Of a DNA stretch of 64,000 nt, positions 23,794-34,735 are shown one piece after another. This stretch comes from Felis catus (Eukaryota), in assembly GCF_018350175.1 (NCBI RefSeq), contig NC_058368.1:125738001-125802000 (forward strand), given 5' to 3'. Numbering within the stretch: the first letter of the stretch is position 1; each line of letters starts with the position of its first letter. The translations under genes and the position numbers were made by a program. The notes under the pieces were generated by a model. The model was not told the origin of the DNA, searched no databases, and saw only the letters and a program-made list of their open reading frames with translations.

Positions 23794-26727
23794 GCAATCC
23801 AGGCCTATCTCAAGACACAAGAAAAATCCCAAATACGAAATCTAACAGCACACTTAAAGGAAATAGAAGCACAACAGCAAAGACAGCCTAAACCCAGCAG
23901 AAGAAGAGAAATAATAAAGATCAGAGCAGAAATAAACAATATAGAATCTAAAAAAACCATAGAGCAGATCAACGAAACCAAGAGTTGGTTTTTTGAAAAA
24001 ATAAACAAAATTGATAAACCTCTAGCCAGGCTTCTCAAAAAGAAAAGGGAGATGACCCAAATAGATAAAATCATGAATGAAAATGGAATTATTACAACCA
24101 ATCCCTCAGAGATACAAGCAATTATCAGGGAATACTATGAAAAATTATATGCCAACAAACTGGACAAACTGGAAGAAATGGACAAATTCCTAAACACCCA
24201 CACACTTCCAAAACTCAATCAGGAATTGAGTGCCCTGCAAATAGAAAGCTGGAACAGACCCATAACCAGCGAAGAAATTGAATCAGTCATCAAAAATCTC
24301 CCAACAAATAAGAGTCCAGGACCAGATGGCTTCCCAGGGGAGTTCTACCAGACGTTTAAAGCAGCGATAATACCTATCCTTCTCAAACTATTCCAAAAAA
24401 TAGAAAGGGAAGGAAAACTTCTAGACTCATTCTATGAAGCCAGTATTACTTGGATTCCTAAACCAGACAGAGACCCAGTAAAAAAAGAGAACTACTGGCC
24501 AATATCCCTGATGAATATGGATACAAAAATTCTCAATAAAATACTAGCAAATCAAATTCAACAGCTTATAAAAAGAATTATTCACCATGATCAAGTGGGA
24601 TTCATTCCTGGGATGCAGGGCTGGTTCAACATTCGCAAATCAATCAATGTGATACATCACATTAATAAAAGAAAAGATAAGAACCATATGATTCTGTCAA
24701 TCGATGCAGAAAAGACCTTTGATAAAATTCAGCACCTTAATAAAAACCCTCGAGAAAGTCGGGATAGAAGGAACATACTTAAAGATCATAAAAGCCATTT
24801 ATGAAAAGCCCACAGCTAACATCATCCTCAACGGGGAAAAACTGAGAGCTTTTTCCCTGAGATCAGGAACACGACAGGGATGCCCACTCTCACCGCTGTT
24901 GTTTAACATAGTGTTGGAAGTGCTAGCATCAGCAATCAGACAACAAAAGGAAATCAAAGGCATCAAAATTGGCAAAGAGGAAGTTAAGCTTTCACTTTTT
25001 GCAGATGACATGATATTATACAGGGAAAATCCGATAGACTCCACCAGAAGTCTGCTAGAACTGATCCATGAATTTAGCAAAGTTGCAGGATACAAAATCA
25101 ATGTACAGAAATCAATTGCATTCTTATACACTAATAATGAAGCAACAGAAAGACAAATAAAGAAACTGATCCCATTCACAATTGCACCAAGAAGCATAAA
25201 ATACCTAGGAATAAATCTAACCAAAGATGTAAAGGATCTGTATGCTGAAAACTATAGAAAGCTTATGAAGGAAATTGAAGAAGATTTAAAGAAATGGAAA
25301 GACATTCCCTGCTCATGGATTGGAAAAATAAATATTGTCAAAGTGTCAATACTACCCAAAGCTATCTACACATTCAATGCAATCCCAATCAAAATTGCAC
25401 CAGCATTCTTCTCGAAGCTAGAACAAGCAATCCTAAAATTCATATGGAACCACAAAAGGCCCCAAATAGCCAAAGTCATTTTGAAGAAGAAGACCAAAGC
25501 AGGAGGCATCACAATCCCAGACTTTAGCCTCTACTACAAAGCTATAATCATCAAGACAGCCTGGTATTGGCACAAAAACAGACACATAGACCAATGGAAT
25601 AGAATAGAAACCCCAGAACTAAACCCACAAATGAATGGCCAACTAATCTTTGACAAAGCAGGAAAGAATATCCAATGGAAAAACAGACAGTCTCTTTAAC
25701 AAATAGTGCCGGGAGAACTGGACACCAACATGCAGAAGATTGAAACTAGACCACTTTCTCACACCTTTCACAAAAATAAACTCAAAATGGATAAAGGACC
25801 TGAATGTGAGACAGGAAACCATCAAAGCCCTAGAGGAGAAAGCGGGAAAAACCTCTCTGACCTCAGCCGTAGCAATTTCTTACTTGATACATCTCCAAAG
25901 AAAAGGGAATTAAAAGCAAAAATGAACTCTTGGGACCTCGTGAAGATAAACAGGTTTTGCACAGCAAAGGAAACAACCAACAAAACTAAAAGGCAACCAA
26001 CGGAATGGGAAAAGATATTTGCAAATGACATATCAGACAAAGGGCTAGTATCCAAAATCTATAAAGAGCTCACCAAACTCCACACCCGAAAAACAAATAA
26101 TCCAGTGAAGAAATGGGCAGAAAACATGAATAGACACTTCTCTCAAGAAGACATGCGATGGCCAATGGGCACATGAAAAGATGCTCAATGTCGCTCCTCA
26201 TCAGGGAAATACAAATCAAAACCACACTCAGATATCACCTCACGCCAGTCAGAGTGGCCAAAACGAACAAATCAGGAGACTATAGATGCTGGAGAGGACG
26301 TGGAGAAACGGGAACCCTGTTGCACTGTTGGTGGGAATGCAAATTGGTGCAGCCACTCTGGAAAACAGTGTGGAGATTCCTCAAAAAATTAAAAATAGAC
26401 CTACCCTATGACCCAGCAATAGCACTACTAGGTATTTACCCAAGGGATACAGGAGTACTGATGCATAAGGGCACTTGTACCCCAATGTTTATAGCAGCAC
26501 TCTCAACAATAGCCAAATTATGGAAAGAGCCTAAATGTCCATCAACTGATGAATGGATAAAGAAATTGTGGTTTATATATACAATGGAGTACTACATGGC
26601 AATGAGAAAGAAAGCAATATGGCCCTTTGTAGCAACGTGGATGGAACTGGAGAGTGTGATGCTAAGTGAAATAAGCCATACAGAGAAAGACAGATACCAT
26701 ATGTTTTCACTCTTATGTGGATCCTGA
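23794..26727 (+). pseudogene. Disrupted L1 ORF2 (reverse transcriptase and Cys-rich C-terminus)
   Basis: [27 protein letters not shown] and C-terminal [14 protein letters not shown] motifs spread over four track ORFs; frameshifts near 24735, 25685, 25845 and 26155, and a premature TAG near 25704. Confidence 0.96.
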
Positions 26728-26957
26728 GAAACTTAACAGAAACCCATGGGGGAGGGGAAGGAAAAAAAAAGAGGTTAGAGTGGGAGAGAGCCAAAGCATA
26801 AGAGACTGTTAAAAACTGAGAACAAACTGAGGGTTGATGGGGGTGGGAAAGAGGGGAGGGTGGGTGATGGGTATTGAGGAGGGCACCTTCTGGGATGAGT
26901 ACTGGGTGTTGTATGGAAACCAATTTGACAATAAATTTCATATATTGAAAAAAAAAA
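23794..26957 (+). mobile_element. 5'-truncated felid L1 (about 3.2 kb)
   Basis: ORF2 from just after the endonuclease domain to the stop codon, G-rich 3' UTR, aataaa and A tail at 26948-26957. Confidence 0.98.
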
Positions 26958-27039
26958 CCAGAAGTTGAAGCCAATAATTGTATTTTTTTACATGAACAAA
27001 ATTGGCTCTAAAGGTTAGAAATTTGGAATTTATGTTGTA

Positions 27040-28020
27040 ATTCTGGTTGTACATATATAGCAGGTTAATTGATATTTCCACTTGGATCTCTAATAGATAT
27101 CCCAGACTTAACATTCTCCTAAAAAGAACTCTAATTTCTCAAGCATAGTCTCATCCACAGTATCCTTCCCTTTGTCTTTACTATTGACTAAGTGTCATCA
27201 ACATCTACCAAATTATTCAAGCCAGGAATGTAGAAGTCTTATCCATTCTAGTTTTTCTTTCATATCCCATATTCAACTCATTAACAGTTCTGTCAGTTTT
27301 AAGATATGCCTCTCTCATATCCCTCCAATTCTTGTCATCTCACTGATAACCACTTGGATTATTACCTCTCATCTAATTATTGTAATGACCTCTATACTGA
27401 TTTTCTATCTTCCAATTTTGCTCTTCTCTTATTCATTCTCCATATAGTAGCAAGAGTGATCTTCTCTAGAATGTAAATTGAATCCTATCATTTTTCTTTT
27501 TCAAACTTTAAATGTCTCACTTTGCACTCAGAATAAATTCAAACTCCTTAATGCAATCTGCAAAGTCCCACAACACCTAGCTCTTATGTATCTTACCAGT
27601 GCACCACTATTCCCATTGTTCACTGTGTTGTGACCATCCATTTCTCTTTGCATGGGCTATTTGTGTTCTGACCATACAGTTCTACTTGTAGTTCATAGGC
27701 TACTTGCTGTCTCAAAAAGCTTTGCATATGAATTCCTTTTCTAAAATGCACTTTTCCAATTCTCTGTATGTCACTTCCTTGTCCTTAAGGTTTTAGTTTA
27801 TAAACAACCTTTTCTGAGATATATTCCCTGATCATTCCATCTAAAGAAGTCACTCTAATCCATTGTTTGTTTCCCACATGAATTTTATCATTTTATTTTG
27901 GTAATTTGTAAATTTAATTTTTTTCTCTTTACCCCAATAAAATATAATCCCCATGTGGCAGAGACCTGCCTATTCGTGTTGCCTTTTATTGGCCTTCTAA
28001 TATCTAGTACAGTGCTTGGC
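27040..28020. mobile_element. L2 fragments
   Basis: L2-like motifs (gtagcaagagtgatctt...aatgtaaattgaatc, actcagaataaattcaaactcctta, atctagtacagtgcttggc). Confidence 0.65.
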
Positions 28021-29199
28021 TCTGTGATTATTCAGGTTTCTGTCTCAAGGCAGTGTCCAAACCATAGTATTGAGAAGGGAAATCCACATAGAGACAGGTA
28101 GCCTTACTGAGTTGAGAAGATAAATATCTGAGTTTGTGGGGCCTGAGATTCCTAGAATTGGTTGGTTGAAAAAATTAATGTATCAGAATTATATAGAGAA
28201 GACAAACCTAAAATAGAAAAAGCTTAGAATAGAATTGATATATCTGATGGAACTGTATAAGGTAGATTAATTGATACATCTGGTAGAACTGGACGTAAAA
28301 TGGTACAACATTAGAGTTTAGCACAATATCTGACTTAACACTCAATCTATTATTGTTAAATCTGTGAAAATTGACAGAGCCTTCAATTACACAGTGGTCC
28401 CTCTTCAAAACTGGAGAAAATTGGCCAAGAGCCTCCATTTTATTTCATCCACAGGACATGGAATTCATTTTGACTTGTTTTCACTCTGGCTGATTAGTAA
28501 TTTACAGTCTTGTTGGTTTTATAAAGTAAAGCATTCTCCTGCAGTGCTAATCCAGTTCACTTTTCTCCCTGAAAATAAAGGGCTACATACGGTGACAAAA
28601 CAATCCCTTTACTACCATTCTGCACATGAGCCCATTGTATTCAAGACCTAGATATTACTGGGAATCCTTAAACGCTTTCTGATGTCATCCTGTAGTGCAG
28701 TATGTGCATGTACAAATGGCCTCACACTTAAACACCTTCCTCCAAACCCCATTCCACAAACATGCTCATGCTTGTCAAGCAATGGGCCATGGGAAGTAGA
28801 AGGTTACATTTATAAAGAAAGTTCCTAGTCCGGATCATCTTTCTTTCTTCTTCCCTGTTGTGTTATTTCTAAAACACATAATAGTAGCATCGGTTGTTAT
28901 TTTGAGATTAGTTACTATTGGTTCCACCAGTTTCTTCCTATTGTTTCCTGGAAAGAACACAATTTATTCAGTGCCCAAGAGATTTCAAGAACTATTTTAG
29001 AGTCTTTACAATGATAAATTTGTAAGTTCATGTAATTGTCATATTAGCCATAAGAAATGGTTGCTATTGACCACATTTTACAGATGAGAAAGTGAGGTTC
29101 ATATAGATGTTTGATATATGTTTGCACACCTGGTAACTAGGGGAGCTGGAGTCTGAATCCAACTCTCTTTAACACTACTGAACAATGAAGTCTATTCAT

Positions 29200-29200
29200 T

Positions 29201-29246
<46 letters not shown>
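29200..29246. repeat. (TTTA)n microsatellite
   Basis: Tetranucleotide run. Confidence 0.93.
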
Positions 29247-29248
<2 letters not shown>

Positions 29249-30302
29249 GTATTCCATGTGGAATAATTTTGATGGAATGGTCCTTTGTGCTTGGAAGTTG
29301 TGTGACAGTCTTTGGAATAGTGATCAACATTCTGTACCTTGTTTGGAGGAGAAGTTCAAACTCTCCTAGCCAAGGCTATGCCCTTTGGGGTTTGTTAGAC
29401 AGTTATTTTAATAGTTTGTCTCACGCTTGTCTTGTTTATATGTTACCTTTTTTATTTTTCCATTCTCTCTTGCCTTTGGAGAAAAAAACATGAAGATACC
29501 CTCCATCAGACTTTTTACTTTTCTAAACGATCAGAGCTTTCAGAATATAATTCCCAGATGACCTCACTTGGGGATTACAGAACATAGGTGAGAATTGGCA
29601 CTTTTATTTGTGTAATGAATCTTTATTGAGAAAGTACTAGGTGACAGGCCCAATTCCAGGTATAAGGAGAACTAATGTTAAAAGACTGACAACATTCAAG
29701 GGGCAGTGGAGTATTTCCTGGTTGTGGAGGGGGAGAGATAATAGTTTTATGATCACTAATATTTCAAAGATGCTAACTGCCATAAAATAACCCCTGAAAA
29801 CCAAACAAGGCTAGGTAATAGTTAGGTGCTGTTTTAGATTGGATAATCAGGGAAGATCTAGTGTCTGCGTGAATATCTGGACTGTTGCATGTGAAGTACA
29901 TGAGGAAACAGGCCCAAGAGGATTAAATACATTATCCAAAGAAACATCAATTCTTCTGTGGCTAAATTAGGACTGGAGCCTGAATTTTGCAATTATATTA
30001 TTATTATTATTATTATTTAATTAACTTTGCTATCTGATAAAACAAATCTTCCTCTTCAAAATTGTCTTGAATATTCTTGTCCTTTCAAATGATTTTTAGG
30101 ATTGTTTACGATATTTCACCAAAATACTCCAGTTGTTTTTATTGAAATTAAATTAAATTATTGATTGATTTGGGTATAATTGTCATCTTTACCTTACTCT
30201 GTCTTCCCATCCAAAGGATTGTGTGTCTCTTCATATGGTAAAGTTGTCTTGGATGTCTTTTTAGTACTGTTTACATTTTAGTCTTAAAAATTAATATATA
30301 TT

Positions 30303-31088
30303 ATCAGGGAAATACAAATCAAAACCACACTCAGGTATCACCTCACGCCAGTCAGAGTGGCCAAAATGAACAAATCAGGAGACTATAGATGCTGGAGAGG
30401 ATGTGGAGAAACGGGAACCCTCTTGCACTGTTGGTGGGAATGCAAATTGGTGCAGCCACTCTGGAAAACAGTGTGGAGGTTCCTCAGAAAATTAAAAATA
30501 GACCTACCCTATGACCCAGCAATAGCACTGCTAGGAATTTATCCAAGGGATACAGGAGTACTGATGCATAGGGGCACTTGTACCCCAATGTTCATAGCAG
30601 CACTCTCAACAATAGCCAAATTATGGAAAGAGCCTAAATGTCCATCAACTGATGAATGGATAAAGAAATTGTGGTTTATACACACAATGGAATACTACGT
30701 GGCAATGAGAAAAAATGAAATGGCCTTTTGTAGCAACGTGGATGGAACTGGAGAGTGTGATGCTAAGTGAAATAAGCCATACAGAGAAAGACAGATACCA
30801 TATGGTTTCACTCTTATGTGGATCCTGAGAAACTTAACAGGAACCCATGGGGGAGGGGAAGAAAAAAAAAAAAGAGGTTAGAGTGGGAGAGAGCCAAAGC
30901 ATAAGAGACTGTTAAAAACTGAGAACAAACTGAGGGTTGATGGGGGGTGGGAGGGAGGAGAGGGTGGGTGATGGGTATTGAGGAGGGCATCTTTTGGGAT
31001 GAACACTGGGTGTTGTATGGAAACCAATTTGTCAATAAATTTCATATATAAAAAAATAAAATAAATAAATAAATTCTACACCTGAAAA
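30303..31088 (+). mobile_element. Young 5'-truncated felid L1 (about 0.78 kb)
   Basis: ORF2 C-terminus (track ORF 30357-30770) plus 3' UTR; TSD aaaaattaatatatatt at 30286-30302 and 31089-31105. Confidence 0.97.
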
Positions 31089-31761
31089 AAAAATTAATAT
31101 ATATTTTATTCCTAGGCATTTAGAGGGTGATTGGAAATAGTATTTTTTAAAGTACATTTCAAATCACTTGCTGTGTTAATATAGGGATGAAAGCAATAGA
31201 TTTTTTATACTGATTTTTTTTATCCATCTAGCAACCTTGGTGAAACTTGTAAATTTAAACAGTTTATCTGAAGTTTGTCTTGTTTAAATGTCACCTCTTC
31301 TTTATTCTCTTTTTCATGAAGAGTCTTGACTGAGATTTTTAAATTATATTTACAAATATCTAGCTTTTGATCTCATTGGCCTTTTTAAAAAAGATAGTAT
31401 GTTATGAGAATTTGTTATTATTCTGTGAGTTTAATGCAGTTTATTTATTATAGTTACTAATATATTTGGATTCATTTCTGGAACCTGCATAAGGTCCTAG
31501 CTACAGACTTTGTATGGACTTGGGTATATACTTTGTGTCTTTTTACTCAGTCTCTGGCACTTAATAGCTCTAGCTGTTGAACAAACGACTTAACCTCCCT
31601 TTGCTTCACTTTTGTCATTGGTAATGTGAGGGTTTATTATCAGGTGACATACTTGATGAGGCTGTGAGGAATAAAGGACTTGTAAAACCTTGAGAGCAGT
31701 ACTCAGCATATATAAGCTTTATGTAACTGTTAGTTGTTGTTATTCATAATATCTTGTTTTG

Positions 31762-31786
31762 GTGCTGGCTTCGGCAGCACATATAC
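31762..31786 (+). pseudogene. RNU6: 3'-truncated (tailless) U6 snRNA retropseudogene
   Basis: gtgctggcttcggcagcacatatac matches U6 nt 1-25 (GTGCTCGCTTCGGCAGCACATATAC) at 24/25; 16-bp TSD ataatatcttgttttg at 31746-31761 and 31787-31802. Confidence 0.93.
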
Positions 31787-31850
31787 ATAATATCTTGTTT
31801 TGTTCTTTAGATTTAATCGACTTTTTATTTGATTTTCCCCCTTCCAACAT

Positions 31851-32070
31851 TTTTTAAGTCTTTTTTTAATGTTTGTTTATTTATTTTTGAGACAGAGTGG
31901 GTGAACACAAGCAGGGGAGGGGCAGGGAAAGAAGGAGAAATAGAATCCCAAGCAAGCTCCATGACATAGGCACAGAGCCTGATGTGGGGCTCGATCTTAA
32001 AAACAATGAGATCATGACCTGAGCTGATATCAGGAGTAGAAACTTACCCAACTGAGCCACCCAGCCCTCC
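31851..32070 (-). mobile_element. CAN-SINE
   Basis: Diverged body; flanking direct repeat ttccaacat. Confidence 0.88.
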
Positions 32071-32309
32071 CCCCCTTTCCAACATCATGGATTCACTGAA
32101 TTTCCTTTATTCCTTCCCTTCTCTCTATACACACAACGATGATTTGGAAGTTTTCCATTTATATTTCTTGGAAGTAATCAGTAGCTCCTCTAAATATGTC
32201 AGACTTAGAATATCTTAACCTTTCTCACCACTTTTTTTATGTTGTTGTCAAGTATGTTCGTATCACCAAATATTTAATTCCTCAACTTAGTTGTCATGTT
32301 TATTTTTAT

Positions 32310-32497
32310 ATTTTTTTGTAAATACATACAGTGCAAGTGGTAGCGGCAGAGAGAGAGGGGGAGAGAGAGAATCCCAAACAGGCTCCATGCTGCCAGCAGA
32401 GAATGGATGCAGGGCTCGAATTCACAAAAGCACCAGATTCTAACTTGACCTGAAGCCAAGATTCTGACACTTAACTGACAAGCCGCCCAGGTGCCCC
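32310..32497 (-). mobile_element. CAN-SINE (diverged)
   Basis: TSD gtcatgtttattttta at 32293-32308 and 32498-32513. Confidence 0.88.
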
Positions 32498-32642
32498 GTC
32501 ATGTTTATTTTTATGCAGTCAACTCATGCTTAGATTTGTTAAAATGTTTGCTAATTCCCTTGTTCACCTTTGTTCAAGTATCCCATTCCTTCTTTCTATG
32601 TCAAATTTCCTTTAAATTTCTTGAAAAATATTTTGTACTTCT

Positions 32643-32760
32643 GGGGCTTCTAGCTGCTTTGCTCAGTCAAAAGAGCACGTGACTTTTGATCTCAGGGTCA
32701 TGAGTTTGATCCCCTTGTTGGGTATAGCAATTATTTAAATAAATAAAACTTAAACAAAAT
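32643..32760 (+). mobile_element. Short old CAN-SINE (SINEC_old-like)
   Basis: tRNA-like head (gctcagt...gagcacgtgactttt gatctcagggtcatgagtt) followed directly by an A-rich tail. Confidence 0.75.
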
Positions 32761-33019
32761 GTTTTATAATTTTAATATTCCTATCATGGAGGGTCACTTA
32801 GTGATTAATGTTCTCTCTCTAAGTATCTTGATTTCCTTCTTACTTTTAAATGATAATTTAGCTGAACATTTAAGTTGATGGTTATTTTCTCTCAGTACTT
32901 TGAAATACCCCTTTGCCTTTTGACTTCTGTGATTGTTCTTGGGAAGCCTGCTGTCAGTCTATTTCTTGTTCTTTTTAATGTTTCCTGTCTTTGATTTTAG
33001 GTTATTTAAAAAAATCTTT

Positions 33020-33236
33020 GGGGCACCTGGGTGACTCAGTTGGTTGAGCATCTGGCTTTGGCTCAGGTCATGATCTCATGGTTTGTGGGTTGGAGCTCCA
33101 TGTCAGGCTCTGTACTGACAGTTCAGAGCCTGGAGCCTGCTTCAGATTCTGTGACTCGCTCTATTTCTGCCCCGGGCCTGCTCAGACTCTGTCTCTGTCT
33201 CTGTCTCAAAAACAAATAACCATTTTTAAAAAATTA
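33020..33236 (+). mobile_element. CAN-SINE
   Basis: Full body; flanking aaaaaatctt on both sides. Confidence 0.92.
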
Positions 33237-33484
33237 AAAAAATCTTCCTCTTTGGTGTTCTCCAGTTTTACTGCACATGTGTCTACTGTGGATTTATATT
33301 TAAGTCTTTTTATTGATATTCAGTTTGCTTCTTAGTCTGAGAAGTATGCCTTTAATCCATTCTATAAAATTAACTACCATTTGGTATTTGAATGGTGCCT
33401 TTTCCAATGCTTTTTTCCTTACACAACTCCTAGTGGATGCATGTTAGTTTTTCTTATTTCTATCCTTTATCTCTCCTTTATATT

Positions 33485-33517
33485 CTATTTATTTTCTTAA
33501 ATGTTTATTTATTTATT

Positions 33518-33550
<33 letters not shown>

Positions 33551-33688
33551 CAGAGAGAGAGGGGAACAGAAAATCCCAGGCAGGCTCTGTGCTTTCAGGG
33601 CTGAGCTTGATCCCATGAACCATGAGATCATGACCTGAACCAAAATCAATAGTTGGACACTTAACTGACTGGGCTATCCAGGTGCCCC
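33485..33688 (-). mobile_element. CAN-SINE
   Basis: (GA)n, gagatcatgacctgaaccaaaatc, ccaggtgcccc end. Confidence 0.9.
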
Positions 33689-34294
33689 AGCTTTCTTTTA
33701 TGTTTTATACCTCTTTACCTCTTACTATTGTTTTCTGGTTAGTTCCTTCCAATCTATTTCTTCTTGGTGTGTACAAAACAACACTTGGTATTTATTTTAT
33801 TAATTTATCAGTTATTAAAGGTATGCCTTATCTTTATATGTGAATAACCTGTATCTCCAACTAGATGCTAAGCTTCCTGAGGGCAGTTGGCTGGCTACAT
33901 CTTATATGTCTTTGGGGTATTGTGACTCAGAGCATGGATTCTGGAAATATATCACCTTGCCTTGAATTCTGGCTCTATCACCTACTACCTTTGAAGTCTC
34001 AGACACCATTACTTTGCTCTCTACAGTACAATGAACATAGTAGTAGTACAGTTCTCAGAAGGTGCTGAGGCACTTAGCACTATGTGAATATTAGCTATTA
34101 TACTATTTTTCCATAAAGCAAAACTGTTAAATAAACTTGACTTCATGAAATGATTTGGCATTTAGAAAGAATTTTGAAGAGTAAATCAGTAAGTGCTTAA
34201 TGTTAGAGGAGGGAAATAAACAATAAATGAATACTATAGGCAGAAAAAATAACATGTATGTAAGTATGAGAGTTGTAATGTGTGGAGTGTATTT

Positions 34295-34735
34295 GAGAAA
34301 TGCAGCAGATTGCCTTGGCCGACCCATATCCTCTCAGCATTCAAGGGTCAGTATGTAAGCTGACTTCCTATTGCTCTCTACTGGAAGTCTGCCCCTTGAC
34401 CTGGCTACCCAGCAAGTGGAATTCATGCCTTTGGGAGTATCCCTCAGCCAATGATGGATGAAGCTGGAGAATAAATACTCCAGCTCCCTACCTTTCAAAT
34501 GTGATAACTCTGAGTTGTGTTTTATATTTTCTCCCAAATTCTCAGTGAAATTGAACACCAGTTACCTTCTAAGGTTACTTGCTTACAATGTATCCTGCTA
34601 TACCTTTTTCTTTTTTTTTTGCCCCTAGTCCTACTTTGCTACATACCTATGCATCCTTTCTGGGATCCTGCCAAATCATCTGCGTAGTCTCAAAGCCCAT
34701 TTTTTAAAGGACTTTTTGGGCACCCAGACTAAAAG
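34295..34735 (+). mobile_element. LTR16-like ERVL LTR
   Basis: gggagtatccctcagccaatgatggatg...ataaatactccagctccct resembles LTR16 motifs as recalled. Confidence 0.55.

Noticed and set aside
23755..26727. Long RT-containing ORFs as a novel reverse-transcriptase system
   Set aside because: Ordinary LINE-1 ORF2, 5'-truncated, with several frameshifts and a premature stop.
28230..28295. Degenerate two-unit repeat (aattgata.atctg.t.gaactg)
   Set aside because: Only two diverged units; probably an old local duplication, not an array or CRISPR-like structure.
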